Origin: Chloroflexia bacterium
Lineage (GTDB): Bacteria; Chloroflexota; Chloroflexia; Chloroheliales; Chloroheliaceae
NCBI GenBank assembly: GCA_038207455.1
Contig: JBBQZT010000016.1
Location: forward strand, 3,298-67,297
DNA length: 64,000 nucleotides
Reading direction: 5' to 3'
Position 1 is the first letter of the stretch; the number at the start of each line of letters is the position of its first letter. The notes under the pieces were generated by a model, which did not search any database, had not been told where the DNA came from, and worked only from the letters and a program-made list of their open reading frames with translations. Positions 38,046 through 47,750 of this stretch are shown in pieces. The position numbers were made by a program, and so were the translations under genes.

Positions 38046-38744
38046 CTACTTGCTGCGAATTAAATCTATCAAGCGGCGGGAGATTTGGGGTTGAGGGCTG
38101 TGGGGCAGTTGCGCTTCGAGTTGGTCGGCTAATTGGTGCAGACCAAAGGTAAGCGAACCATCGGGGTCGTGAGCGAGAGCTTGCTCTACATCTTCCAGGC
38201 CCAGGTCAAAACGATTGGTGGCGAAGGCCAGATTTGCGCGGGTCAGGCGATGATTGGGGTTGGTAGGGTCAAGCTCAATCACGCGGTTGAGATTTAGCAG
38301 CGCATCGGGGGCCATCCCCTTGTTGGCAAAAAAAGCGGCCCGATTCAAAAAATTCTCTGCCGAGGGGTCAAGCTCAATCGCGGCGGTCAAATCGTGCAGA
38401 GTTGCGCCCGTGTGGTCGAGGGCGGCGTGGACAACCGCGCGGCTGGAGTAAAGGGCGGCGGTTGGCTCAAGCTCAATCGCCTTATCGTAGTCCCGCAAAG
38501 CCGCTTCTTGCTGCCCCATTGCAAACAAGATACGGGCGCGGTTGCTATAATTCAAAACATCCTGGGGTTCAAGTTCGATAGCGTGGCTGATATGCTCGGC
38601 GGCGGCTTCGAGGTTGCCATTTTGGAGATAGGCAATTGCGGCCCGATTCCAATTATCGGCCTGGCTTTGGTCTTGGGCCAACGCTTGCAAAGCCTGCTCT
38701 AAGGTGGCCTTTTTATCGTTATCCGGGGAGAATTCGGCAGTCAA
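38046..38744 (-). CDS. Tetratricopeptide-repeat protein
   Basis: Repeated 34-aa units with A..Y..AIELDP patterns. TTG start one nt after the upstream stop. Confidence 0.75.
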   Translation of the reverse strand: MTAEFSPDNDKKATLEQALQALAQDQSQADNWNRAAIAYLQNGNLEAAAEHISHAIELEPQDVLNYSNRARILFAMGQQEAALRDYDKAIELEPTAALYSSRAVVHAALDHTGATLHDLTAAIELDPSAENFLNRAAFFANKGMAPDALLNLNRVIELDPTNPNHRLTRANLAFATNRFDLGLEDVEQALAHDPDGSLTFGLHQLADQLEAQLPHSPQPQISRRLIDLIRSK

Positions 38745-38745
38745 A

Positions 38746-38988
38746 CTACTTTGTCCCGGCTCCTAGCCGTTGCTCCAAAAGCACTTTGAAAGCGTCGTCA
38801 CCTTCAACCCAACCGCAATGCACACACACCTGGGCGGCAGGTTTGGGTTGAGGCAGACGCGCCCGCTTGTACATCATAAACAACCGATTGCCAACCAACT
38901 CTAACGACCCGCCGCAATTGCTACAAATTGCTTCGTTCGCGCCACTATGTTCAGCCTTTACTTTTACGGTTGAGTCGTTACGAGACAT
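38746..38988 (-). CDS. Small zinc-ribbon protein
   Basis: 80 aa with CSNCGG ... CVHCGW. A strong GGAGG lies 9 nt before the ATG. Confidence 0.6.
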   Translation of the reverse strand: MSRNDSTVKVKAEHSGANEAICSNCGGSLELVGNRLFMMYKRARLPQPKPAAQVCVHCGWVEGDDAFKVLLEQRLGAGTK

Positions 38989-39114
38989 GGTTATTTCCTC
39001 CTAAAAACTTCACACGGTGTATTTGCAAGTGATAAAAAAATTATACTTTCCTTGAATCAAGGTGTCAAGTTGGTTATTTTGTGGTTTTCGCTAAAACCAT
39101 AAGTTTTATCAATA

Positions 39115-39152
39115 GCATTCAGTTATCAGCCGTCAGTTATCAGTCAGCAGCC
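39115..39152. repeat. Family C heptamer tract
   Basis: GCATTCAGTTATCAGCCGTCAGTTATCAGTCAGCAGCC. It has the same GCATTCAGT lead-in as the tracts at 6566 and 58058. Confidence 0.6.
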
Positions 39153-39201
39153 GGAAGTAGCGATAACGCGCAACTAACGGTTTTTGTAAGATATTGCGCC
39201 G

Positions 39202-40635
39202 TCAATAGATTTTCTCGATTTCGGTTTTAACTGAGAACTGATGACTGTCAACTGATAGCTCTAAAAGCCTTTTCAGGTAGAAAGTCACCATGCTTTCCAT
39301 CTGCCAACGAGCTTCCATATTGAGCAAGATATACAGATGGTAAGTTAAAGCGGCGTGAAGCGGGGCTAATAGTTGGGCCAGTTCAAACGCCTCGATTAAT
39401 TGCTCCATTGATGCGTAATCCAGCCACTCGGACAGATAAGCGTCGCGCAAACGGTTATGTAGATTAGGTACTGAGGCAAAAGCAGCCTTCACACCCTCAT
39501 CAATAAAGCTGTCCGCGTCCAGAAACGACCACAAGCTAAAGAAAGGGTGGGACAACGAACTGTCCGACCAATCGAAAAACAAATAGTCGTTGGCAGTGAC
39601 GATAACGTTGCCGGGCCATAAATCACCGTGTTCGAGAGCTATCGGCAAGTTATAAGCAGCTAATTTCGCACAATTTTCTTTGAGACGGGGTGCAAGCTCC
39701 TGCAATTGCGTAATATCTTCCCGGCTCAAGCTGCTCCAACGGTTATGGGTATAAGTTTCCAACTGGCTGAAAAAAGGCTCTATTTGCATCACCAAACTTT
39801 CGATTGGGCGTACTGGACAGCCAATATTGGCTAATTCTGCTTGCTGCTTGACCGTATAGTGCTGGATTTGGGCCAAACGACGCAAAGCCTCCTCCCATCT
39901 GGTCACGTCCGGTACAGCATCAAGCGAAAGGCCGCCAAAATCGCGCATCAAAACCCAATTACGGGCGTGGTCATAAGCCACAAGCTGCGGGTAATTGGCT
40001 GGGAACTCTGGCTTAAGCAGTTCGACTAGCCGGAACTCGTGAGCAAACCAGGCTGGCACAGCTTTGAAATAAAAATACCCATTATCGGTATTTACCCGTA
40101 GCACGCAAGAGCGTTCCCAGGTTCGTAACTGTTCCACCGACCCAATAGCACTCAAATCTGCTGCTCCAAGTTGAGCCATAATCCAGGTGTGAGTCGTACC
40201 GAACCAACCGCGCTGCGCCCAGGCTGGACGTTGGATTGGCACGGTTTGGTCAAACTCTGCGAACCATTCCTCCAGCGTGGCGCGTTGTTCAGGATATACC
40301 AGTGGCAATTCGGCAAGTTCGGTCTGCCCCACCCAACGCGCTCCGATGGGCGGTATCCAGACGGAGGCGGAGTTTTCTAGTTCATAAAGATTTATGTAAA
40401 GCCGATTTTCGGGATAAGTGAAATCACGCAGCAAACGCAAAGTAGTTACAGCCAGGCCAAAATACCCAGTCATTCCCGCGTTGATATGGCTCACTGTTTG
40501 CCAAAAGTTGGGCGTTTGGGTGCGCCAATGAGGTAAAACCCAGCCGTTTGCGTTCGGCAACAACAGCAAGCGCGGTTCGGTGGGGTGAGGCAAAAGCAGG
40601 TGGTATTCCCAGGTAGGGACGGGTAGAATTTCCAT
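39202..40635 (-). CDS. Aminoglycoside/choline-kinase-like phosphotransferase (APH family) with an about 130-aa N-terminal extension
   Basis: Catalytic-loop-like LEHGDLWPGNVIV and ..FFDWSDS.. in the C-terminal half. The N-terminal region looks Nudix-fold-like but has no Nudix box. Confidence 0.65.
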   Translation of the reverse strand: MEILPVPTWEYHLLLPHPTEPRLLLLPNANGWVLPHWRTQTPNFWQTVSHINAGMTGYFGLAVTTLRLLRDFTYPENRLYINLYELENSASVWIPPIGARWVGQTELAELPLVYPEQRATLEEWFAEFDQTVPIQRPAWAQRGWFGTTHTWIMAQLGAADLSAIGSVEQLRTWERSCVLRVNTDNGYFYFKAVPAWFAHEFRLVELLKPEFPANYPQLVAYDHARNWVLMRDFGGLSLDAVPDVTRWEEALRRLAQIQHYTVKQQAELANIGCPVRPIESLVMQIEPFFSQLETYTHNRWSSLSREDITQLQELAPRLKENCAKLAAYNLPIALEHGDLWPGNVIVTANDYLFFDWSDSSLSHPFFSLWSFLDADSFIDEGVKAAFASVPNLHNRLRDAYLSEWLDYASMEQLIEAFELAQLLAPLHAALTYHLYILLNMEARWQMESMVTFYLKRLLELSVDSHQFSVKTEIEKIY

Positions 40636-40957
40636 TAAAAGAGTCTCCTTTTTGGTTTACTAAATCTTACAAGCCGCTTGACGAGCAAATCAAAACAATC
40701 CTGACAACATGGCAGGTCTGCTTCAAATTACTCGCTTGTGATTCAGCTTACCTCGTCACTGGAGACTCTCCTTTTAGTTCTTGCTACACAGATTATAGCC
40801 AAACAGTGCTATTGGTGCAAATGCTATAATAGCAGTATTCCCGCAGACTGTAAGGTTTGGGCCAGTGCGGTGTAGTAATATAGGAGAGCCTGCAATATAA
40901 AGCTATTTGACAGAAAAATAGAAAACCAAAATCAGTGTACGGATTGAGGAGTGAGCT

Positions 40958-42088
40958 ATGAGAAAATTTCGCCTTGTTTTATTAGTTGCCCTACTGAGCA
41001 TAACGGCTTTCGGGGGCGGTTTATTGGTCAATGCCGCGTTGAATTCGCCCGCAAGGGTGGAGGCTGCTGTCGCGCCTACTACAAACCAGACGGCCAGCCA
41101 GGACTTCAATCTTGATAACAGTGACAGCGCGGATGTAGCGGATATAGATGCGGCGGCCACGATTGATATGAACGCGATGATGGCTGATGGTCAAGCGATG
41201 TTCAGCCCAGGCGCATTTGGCACGATGGCCGGGCCGGAAGAACGCGGTATCATCAGCAGCACCAGCAATAGCGGCAACACTTTGATGCTACGGAACAAGC
41301 GCGTGGTGAATCTGAATGGGCAAACCTCGATTGGGGATGCAAGTGGGACAGTCAGTGCCTCTAGTTTGAAAGCGGGCGACTATATTTTCGCGCTCGGCAC
41401 TGTTCAGTCGGACAAATCGTTACAGGCGCGGTGGGTTTTGCGTTTGCCGCCCCCGCCTCAGCTAAAACACGGTCAGGTCACGACTACTAATGTAGCTGGG
41501 AACTCGTTCCAGTTCAAAGTTGGCAACGATACCTGGACAGCCAGCGTCGTCAGCGACACCAAAATTTTCAAAGCGGGTAAGGCAGCCACCTTGAGCGATA
41601 TTGCGGTCAACGACGAAGTAAACGTGCTTGGCACAGTGGACGAAACCGCCCATACAATCCAGGCCAGCGCGGTGCAAGATGGCCGCCCGACAGCACCCCC
41701 AAATCCAGGTAACTTCTTGAATGGCACGGTCAGCACGATTGACGTAGCCGGAAACAGCTTTGTCATAACCGAAACCTTGCCCGGCCCGCGACAAATGCCC
41801 AAGAAACCAGGCGATCAATCACCGCCATCTACTGCTACTGGTAATGGTACGCAGGTGAAAGTGACGGTGGATAGCAATACCCGCTATATGGGCCAGAACC
41901 TCAAGAGCTTGACCGACCTCAAAGCTGGAGACCACGTAGTTGTGACGGGCGAAAAGCAAACCGATGGCAGTACCAAAGCCAAAACGGTATCCGTCCTGCC
42001 CGCTGGTGGCCCTGGTGGTAACAAAAACGGTGGTAGTGACAGGAATAGTCAGGGTGGCGGCTTCTTTATGGATAGACCGAACGGTTAA
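40958..42088 (+). CDS. Secreted protein with DUF5666-like repeats
   Basis: Signal peptide. Repeated ..GD.V.V.GT(V/E)....(A/K)..V.. units (GDYIFALGTVQSDKSLQARWV, VNVLGTVDETAHTIQASAV, GDHVVVTGEKQTDGSTKAKTVSV). Confidence 0.55.
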   Translation: MRKFRLVLLVALLSITAFGGGLLVNAALNSPARVEAAVAPTTNQTASQDFNLDNSDSADVADIDAAATIDMNAMMADGQAMFSPGAFGTMAGPEERGIISSTSNSGNTLMLRNKRVVNLNGQTSIGDASGTVSASSLKAGDYIFALGTVQSDKSLQARWVLRLPPPPQLKHGQVTTTNVAGNSFQFKVGNDTWTASVVSDTKIFKAGKAATLSDIAVNDEVNVLGTVDETAHTIQASAVQDGRPTAPPNPGNFLNGTVSTIDVAGNSFVITETLPGPRQMPKKPGDQSPPSTATGNGTQVKVTVDSNTRYMGQNLKSLTDLKAGDHVVVTGEKQTDGSTKAKTVSVLPAGGPGGNKNGGSDRNSQGGGFFMDRPNG

Positions 42089-42097
42089 GTCTTAGGG

Positions 42098-42709
42098 TTG
42101 GGCAAGGTAGAGGCGTGGGTGTTTAACCACAAAAGTAGCGGAGTCAGCACAACGAAAGAAGCCCGGTTCACGGCAGAGTTAGACGTGCAGGCGCAACCAG
42201 CTTCGTTTGCTGACTTTGGTCAACTTTATGATGCTTTGTTTCCACGCATCTATAACTATGTTTCATATAGAGTGGCCGGGCGCGAGGAAGCCGAAGACCT
42301 GGTGGGGACTGTTTTCGAGAAAGCTTTAGCCAACTTTGCAAAATTTGATAGCCGCAAAGGTAGTATCGAAAGTTGGCTTTTTACTATTGCTCACCACACC
42401 GTCGTTAATTATTACCGCAGCCACCAGCGGCATCCTCAAACTCAGTTAGAGGAAAATTTAGAAACCAGCGAGGCCGAACAACCAGACCAGACTTTTTTGC
42501 AGCGCGAAGAAATGGCACGGTTGCGGCACAATTTGAGCAAAATGGGCGAACGAGACCGTGAATTGATTGCCTTGCGTTACGGGGCTAGTTTCAGTCATCG
42601 GCAGATTGGACAGGTCTTAAAAATGAAGGAAGGCAGCGTAACAGTGGCTTTAAGCCGGGCGGTGAGCCGATTACGCAAACTATTTGAGGCCGAAGAAGAA
42701 ACAAAATGA
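42098..42709 (+). CDS. ECF-type RNA polymerase sigma factor; start uncertain
   Basis: Region 2 (..IYNYVSYRVAGREEAEDLVGTVFEKAL..WLFTIAHHTVVNYYR) and region 4 (..RELIALRYGASFSHRQIGQVLKMKEGSVTVALSRAV.RLR). Confidence 0.85.
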   Translation: MGKVEAWVFNHKSSGVSTTKEARFTAELDVQAQPASFADFGQLYDALFPRIYNYVSYRVAGREEAEDLVGTVFEKALANFAKFDSRKGSIESWLFTIAHHTVVNYYRSHQRHPQTQLEENLETSEAEQPDQTFLQREEMARLRHNLSKMGERDRELIALRYGASFSHRQIGQVLKMKEGSVTVALSRAVSRLRKLFEAEEETK

Positions 42710-43731
42710 GCAGTGATAATTTTAGGGGGTGGAGAAAACCGAATAATAGCCAGTCCGAAATTTTGGCAGACCAGGCTTTCGAGCAACATTTGGAACAATT
42801 ACCCTTGTTCGAGGCCCGTCCCCAATTTCGAACCGAATTACGCGCCCGACTGTTGAATACCACCACCGTCCAAATTAGCCAACCCTCAAATACGTCGAGA
42901 TTTTCACTTTTGAGCAGACCACGTTGGGTGTTAGTGGGTGTGGCTGTAGGTATTGCGCTGGTAGCTTTCGCCGTAACCTTGTTTTTTGCCGCTAAAGTGA
43001 CCGAAATTCCGGTTGCCAATGCCTTCGACAAAGTGTATGACCCGGATAGCCAGGCTTATGTCAACTCAAATGAAGCGGCCCAGGCTCTCGGTTTCGCGGT
43101 CAACGCCCCTAGTTATCTGCCCCAAGCTCATAGTGATTATCAAGTAGAGTCGGCTCTGGCTCCCGCCGTCTTTACCAATACCGACACCACCAATCCGCCC
43201 AGCGATAGCCCAACGCGCACCTTACAGGTAAGTTTAATCCCTAAAAACCCAGCCCAAAACCAGCCCCAATTTGAGATTTACGAGATGCGCGTGCCAGTTA
43301 ATCTGGTAGCTACCAGCCAAAGCCCTACCGTTCTACGGGCGCAACGTTTCTTGCCCATCACAGTGCAAGGCGTACAAGGTTATTTTGTAGAGGGTCGTTT
43401 CTGGAGACTGGTTTTTCAGGCGCATCTCCAACCTGGACGAGCAATTCCGACACGGAAACCAGGCGCAGCCGTTCCAGCCCGTACTCCACTGCCTGCTGTC
43501 CTTGCGCCCGGTTTGCGACCTAACCCGTTTGTAATTGGGCGGGCTGCTTCCCCTGACCCCAACAATCCACGAGTTTTCTTGGAGTTTTTGCCCAGCAAAA
43601 AATGGAGTGCGGGAGCAAAAACTATCATTTGGCAAAAAAATGGTATATTATTTATGCTAGTGAGCGACCAAACCACTTCGGACGACCAGCTGCAACGAAT
43701 AGCTGATTCGTTCCAGCAAATTAGTAAATAG
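42706..43731 (+). CDS. Putative anti-sigma factor: single TM helix with an extracytoplasmic domain
   Basis: 4-nt overlap with the sigma gene. One TM helix ([23 protein letters not shown]). The C-terminal domain is of DUF4367-like size. Confidence 0.55.
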   Translation: MSSDNFRGWRKPNNSQSEILADQAFEQHLEQLPLFEARPQFRTELRARLLNTTTVQISQPSNTSRFSLLSRPRWVLVGVAVGIALVAFAVTLFFAAKVTEIPVANAFDKVYDPDSQAYVNSNEAAQALGFAVNAPSYLPQAHSDYQVESALAPAVFTNTDTTNPPSDSPTRTLQVSLIPKNPAQNQPQFEIYEMRVPVNLVATSQSPTVLRAQRFLPITVQGVQGYFVEGRFWRLVFQAHLQPGRAIPTRKPGAAVPARTPLPAVLAPGLRPNPFVIGRAASPDPNNPRVFLEFLPSKKWSAGAKTIIWQKNGILFMLVSDQTTSDDQLQRIADSFQQISK

Positions 43732-43739
43732 TGGCAATT

Positions 43740-44513
43740 ATGCGTTTCGATATTTTTACCCTTTTCCCTCAAATGTTCGCCGGGCCGTTGGGCGAGAGCA
43801 TTTTGGGACGGGCTATCAACCAAAATTTGTTCGCGGTACACCTCCACAATATCAGGGATTGGGGAGCAGGTCGTCATAAGCAGGTGGACGATTACCCTTA
43901 TGGCGGCGGAGCGGGCATGGTTTTTCGACCAGAGCCAGTTTTTGCCGCACTCGAAAACGTATTGGAGTTACCGCCCAACTCTGCCGAACACCCTGCGCCC
44001 CCACCCGATTTCCCCATTATTTTGATGTCGCCACACGGCATAGTTTTTAATCAAAAACTCGCCCGCGAACTGGCCCAGGAGTCGCGGCTGGCTTTGGTGT
44101 GCGGCCATTACGAAGGGCTGGACGAACGGATCAGAGCAAATCTGATTACCCACGAAATTAGTATTGGCGATTTTGTGCTAACCGGAGGCGAACTAGCAGC
44201 GATGGTAGTGGTAGATGCAGTGGCTAGGCTGTTACCCGACGTTTTAAGCGAAGGTTCAACCAGCGAGGAGTCACATTCGCGGGGTCTGTTGGAATATCCG
44301 CAATATACCCGCCCCGCCGATTTCAGGGGTTGGGGAGTGCCAGACATTTTGGTAAGCGGGCATCACGGCAAAGTGGCGGAGTGGCGTTTCAAGGAGTCGG
44401 CGCGTCAAACCTTACGTCGCCGCCCGGATATGCTGGCCCAGGCCGAGGCCCAGATGTCACCTCAAGAAAAAAAGTGGCTGGAACAGGTGCAGCGGGAGGA
44501 AAGTCAAGATTAG
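43740..44513 (+). CDS. trmD: tRNA (guanine37-N1)-methyltransferase
   Basis: [33 protein letters not shown] and [10 protein letters not shown] motifs. Confidence 0.93.
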   Translation: MRFDIFTLFPQMFAGPLGESILGRAINQNLFAVHLHNIRDWGAGRHKQVDDYPYGGGAGMVFRPEPVFAALENVLELPPNSAEHPAPPPDFPIILMSPHGIVFNQKLARELAQESRLALVCGHYEGLDERIRANLITHEISIGDFVLTGGELAAMVVVDAVARLLPDVLSEGSTSEESHSRGLLEYPQYTRPADFRGWGVPDILVSGHHGKVAEWRFKESARQTLRRRPDMLAQAEAQMSPQEKKWLEQVQREESQD

Positions 44514-44531
44514 CATTAAGGAGCGGGAAAA

Positions 44532-44942
44532 ATGCTTCAAATACGCAAATTCGGGCCTGAAATAAAAACGACTTTTCCCAACCCCGATTTAAAAGAAATG
44601 TCGGGCGTAATAGTGCAACTAGACAAGGAGGTGGCCGCCAAATTTAGCCCCGAAGAAATGGAGCGGCGTTATAACGGCCTTCCTATTTTGCTAGACCGCT
44701 CGAATTCTGTGGTGGTTTTGTACTTCGACCCGCACGGCGAAATGCCCACACATCCCGCAGGTGAGCCAGTGCTGTTTATGGTTTTGAGCGGGAGCGGTTT
44801 TGTGCGAATTGGCGGCGAAAGTGGCGAAACCGTCCATATGAACGCTGGCGAAGCGGTTTTGTGGCCCGCCAACGTACTACACAAAGTCTGGACAGAAGAC
44901 CAGCCCCTACAAGCTTTATTAATCCACTATTCCAAAACGTAA
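44532..44942 (+). CDS. Cupin-domain protein
   Basis: 136 aa with ..HP.GEPVLFMVLSGSGFVRIGGE....AGEAVLWPANVLH.. cupin motifs. The stop TAA lies inside the terminus of the downstream family B element. Confidence 0.6.
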   Translation: MLQIRKFGPEIKTTFPNPDLKEMSGVIVQLDKEVAAKFSPEEMERRYNGLPILLDRSNSVVVLYFDPHGEMPTHPAGEPVLFMVLSGSGFVRIGGESGETVHMNAGEAVLWPANVLHKVWTEDQPLQALLIHYSKT

Positions 44943-45079
44943 CTACTCACCTGTCATGCTGAACGGAGGCTCTGCGGAGTGAAGAATCTGTTGCTAAAGT
45001 TTTCGACCTGAGCAACAAGTTTCTAGCCACAGCTTCCTCGCTCCGCCACCCTACGGGCCGTGCCAATACCTGAGTAGTT
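44939..45079. repeat. Family B element (GTAACTACTCA ... TGAGTAGTTA termini)
   Basis: Termini as in the copy at 47638-47750. The interior is related to the copy at 586-730 (GTCATGCTGAACGGAGGCTCTGCGGAGTGAAGAATCTGTTGCT). Confidence 0.7.
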
Positions 45080-45095
45080 AGAGAGTGGTGCTAAG

Positions 45096-45194
45096 TCATT
45101 CCGAACGCAGGTTTTTGCGAAGTGAGGAAGCTCTCATTTGAAAACTAGATTAGAGATTCCTCGCTGCGCTCGGAATGACAGGTTGAATAGTTAC
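45096..45194. repeat. Family B-related palindromic element (GTCATTCCGAACGCAG ... CTGCGCTCGGAATGAC)
   Basis: 16-bp inverted arms read directly. It ends in TTGAATAGTTAC, similar to the family B terminus. Confidence 0.65.
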
Positions 45195-45251
45195 CCGATT
45201 TCTCTTCTTAGCTAAATTCGGCACTTTTATATTCCCTCGCAGATATATACC

Positions 45252-45281
45252 TTGACACGAATATACCTTTTGTGGTATATT
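45252..45281 (+). promoter_or_regulatory. Sigma-70-like promoter, TTGACA-18 nt-TATATT with TG extension; implies a leaderless mRNA
   Basis: The -10 hexamer ends at 45281 and the ATG of the ArsR-type gene is at 45288. No RBS is present. Confidence 0.45.
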
Positions 45282-45287
45282 ATACTC

Positions 45288-46082
45288 ATGATTAAAATAT
45301 TGAGTGCGCTGGCCGAGCCAAATCGCTTACATATTGTCGAGCTTCTACACCACGGGCCACGCTCTGTCGGAGAAATTGTCGAGCAACTGAGCCTGCCTCA
45401 ACCACAGGTTTCCAAGCATCTCCGCGTGCTGGTTGAGGCAGGGCTGGTTGGGGTGCAACGGGACGCTCAACGCCGCATCTACCAGCTGCGACCCCAGCCG
45501 TTCAAAGAGCTAAACGAGTGGTTGGCATCTTTTCGTCGCATTTGGGACGAGCGATTTGACCGTCTGGAAGAATATTTGCACGAACTACAAGCAGAAGAAA
45601 CCAAACAAGGAGCAAACCAAATGACAAATCGAGAACTTGTCATCACCCGCATCTTTGATGCGCCGCGCGAATTGGTATTCAAAGCGTGGACTGAACCAAA
45701 GCATCTGGCGCAGTGGTGGGGACCCGAAGGGTTTACTAATCCGGTCTGCGAGTTAGATTTGCGGCCCGGTGGTGCTATTCTCATTCACATGACCGGCCCC
45801 GATGGGGTGGTCTATCCAAACAAGGGGGTCTTTCACGAAGTCGCCCCTCCTGAGAGGCTGGTGATGACCACCAGCGCCTTTGAGGATGCGGCAGGTCAGC
45901 CTCAGCTTGAAGTCCTCAACACTATTACCTTCGCTGTGATGAACGAAGGTACCAAAACGAAACTCACTTTGCGGGCAGTCGTCGTCAAGTCTGGGCCAGC
46001 GGTGGCAACATCACTGGCAGGCATGGAGGAGGGCTGGAACCAAAGCCTGGATCGTCTCGCCCAGGAGTTGGAGAAGGTTTGA
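45288..46082 (+). CDS. ArsR-family winged-helix regulator fused to an SRPBCC/AHSA1-like domain
   Basis: ALAEPNRLHIVELL..GPRSVGEIVEQLSLPQPQVSKHLRVL (ArsR HTH), followed by ..ITRIFDAPRELVFKAWTEPKHLAQWWGPEGF.. (AHSA1/SRPBCC). Confidence 0.8.
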   Translation: MIKILSALAEPNRLHIVELLHHGPRSVGEIVEQLSLPQPQVSKHLRVLVEAGLVGVQRDAQRRIYQLRPQPFKELNEWLASFRRIWDERFDRLEEYLHELQAEETKQGANQMTNRELVITRIFDAPRELVFKAWTEPKHLAQWWGPEGFTNPVCELDLRPGGAILIHMTGPDGVVYPNKGVFHEVAPPERLVMTTSAFEDAAGQPQLEVLNTITFAVMNEGTKTKLTLRAVVVKSGPAVATSLAGMEEGWNQSLDRLAQELEKV

Positions 46083-46110
46083 AATTTTAGCTAATTACAA
46101 GGAGAATTTT

Positions 46111-46887
46111 ATGAAGAAAGTAACTTCGCAGGACGGCACTAGCATCGCCTTTGACCAATTGGGTGAAGGGCCAGCGGTTATCCTGGTGTGCGGCGGTTCA
46201 ACTGATAGGTCGGCGAATGCGTCTCTGGCCGCGCTCCTGGCTCCCCACTTTACCGTGTTCAACTATGACCGTCGAGGCCGGGGCGATAGTGGCGATACCG
46301 CCCCTTACGCGGTCAAGCGCGAAGTCGAAGACATCCAGGCCGTGATCAAAGAAGCGGGTGGCTCGGCGTTCCTGTACGGTACATCCTCCGGTGCGGCCCT
46401 GGCTCTCGAAACAGCGGCCAGTCTGCCCACCATTAAGAAGCTGGCGTTGTGGGAGCCACCGTACATAGTTGATGACAGTCGCCCTCGCCCTCCAGCAGAC
46501 ACGGCGACAATCTACACAGAATTGGTAGCCGATGGTCGGCGGGGCGACGCAGTTGAGTTCTTCATGGCTAAGGTGGTGGGTCTTCCGCCTGAGTTTGTGG
46601 CTTATGCACACACCCAACCCTGGTGGCCGTCTCAAGAGGCTCTGGCTCACACCCTCGCCTACGATGCCACCGTCATGGGCGACTATTCGTTGCCTACGGA
46701 GCGGGCCAGGTCCGTCACTGTACCCACGTTGGTAATGGCAGGTGGGGCAAGCTGGGGCTGGATGCATAACACGGCGCAAACGCTTACGAATACCCTTCCC
46801 AATGGGCAACTTCGCACTCTGGAAGGTCAGGAACACAATGTTAACCCAGCAGCCATGGCTACCGTGTTGAAGGAGTTTTTCTCATGA
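46111..46887 (+). CDS. Alpha/beta hydrolase
   Basis: 258 aa. Nucleophile elbow-like G-T-S-S-G (YGTSSGAA) and a typical ..PAVILVCGG.. N-terminal strand. Confidence 0.75.
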   Translation: MKKVTSQDGTSIAFDQLGEGPAVILVCGGSTDRSANASLAALLAPHFTVFNYDRRGRGDSGDTAPYAVKREVEDIQAVIKEAGGSAFLYGTSSGAALALETAASLPTIKKLALWEPPYIVDDSRPRPPADTATIYTELVADGRRGDAVEFFMAKVVGLPPEFVAYAHTQPWWPSQEALAHTLAYDATVMGDYSLPTERARSVTVPTLVMAGGASWGWMHNTAQTLTNTLPNGQLRTLEGQEHNVNPAAMATVLKEFFS

Positions 46888-47231
46888 TGAATCAAGCAGT
46901 CACCGATTATATTCAAAACATAAAGGAGCAGTGGCAAGCCGAGATTTGTAATCAGCTTCGTCAGATCGTTCATCAATCAGTACCGGAGGTGGAAGAACGG
47001 TTACAATACGGCAAACCGCATTTTCTAAAGAACGGTAAGTACGTCTGTGTGCTGGGTACCGCCAAAGATTGGGTAAGCTTTACCATTTTTAATGCTAAGG
47101 CACTCGAAGCACCCGAAGCCTTTTTTGAAGCTGGCAACCCTGACCGCAAGACCGTCAAAATCCGTAAAGGTCAGGCGATTGATTACGACCTTTTAGCCAG
47201 GCTTCTGGAGCAGGCCGCTAATTCTCAATAA
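46884..47231 (+). CDS. DUF1801 (YdhG-like) domain protein
   Basis: 115 aa with ..YGKPHFLKNGKYVCVLGTAKDWVSFTIFN.. pattern. 4-nt overlap with the upstream gene. Confidence 0.6.
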   Translation: MMNQAVTDYIQNIKEQWQAEICNQLRQIVHQSVPEVEERLQYGKPHFLKNGKYVCVLGTAKDWVSFTIFNAKALEAPEAFFEAGNPDRKTVKIRKGQAIDYDLLARLLEQAANSQ

Positions 47232-47246
47232 AGCTTACTGATTTCG

Positions 47247-47606
47247 TTAATCCAGTTGTTGGCGGCGGGCAATCAGGCCAGGGGCGTATTTTTGCAACCA
47301 ATCGGGGTGTTTGGCGGCAATTTTAGCAAACTTGGTGGCATAGGCACTTTCCAGGTCTATATCATAGGCGTTGCAAACTTCGAACAAGCTGAACAAAATA
47401 TCGCCTACCTCGGCCTCGAATGCCGTTTTCTGGTTGTGCCAGTTCGGGTTGTCCGGCCCACTCCCATAAATTTCCACACCCATAACTTCTTTAACCAGTT
47501 CCCCCAATTCCTCGACCAGTCCCAGCGTAGCACCCAAACGCGGGTGTTTTAGCTCATCACCCAGCAGGTTTTTGGCCTCGGTTTGCAGTTCGGTCAGGCT
47601 TTTCAT
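47247..47606 (-). CDS. MazG-like nucleotide pyrophosphohydrolase domain protein
   Basis: ..LVEELGELVKEV.. and ..EVGDILFSLFEVCNAYDIDLE.. EExxE/D motifs. 119 aa. Confidence 0.8.
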   Translation of the reverse strand: MKSLTELQTEAKNLLGDELKHPRLGATLGLVEELGELVKEVMGVEIYGSGPDNPNWHNQKTAFEAEVGDILFSLFEVCNAYDIDLESAYATKFAKIAAKHPDWLQKYAPGLIARRQQLD

Positions 47607-47637
47607 AGCGGCTTCTGCTCCCTTATTTAGAAAGATT

Positions 47638-47750
47638 GTAACTACTCACTTGTCCTGGTTTTTGTAGGAGGCTGCTCTGCCAGCCGATGTATTAAGGCTA
47701 CAAACAATCGGCTGACGGAGTAGCCTCCTACCAGCAGCCTGAGTAGTTAT
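47638..47750. mobile_element. Family B MITE with 11-bp terminal inverted repeats and an 8-bp target-site duplication
   Basis: GTAACTACTCA ... TGAGTAGTTAT, flanked on both sides by GAAAGATT (47630-47637 and 47751-47758). There is an internal long hairpin TGTAGGAGGCTGCTC..GAGTAGCCTCCTAC and no coding capacity. Confidence 0.75.

Noticed and set aside
46198-46836. 212-aa minus-strand ORF
   Set aside because: It is antisense to the alpha/beta hydrolase gene and has no motifs.
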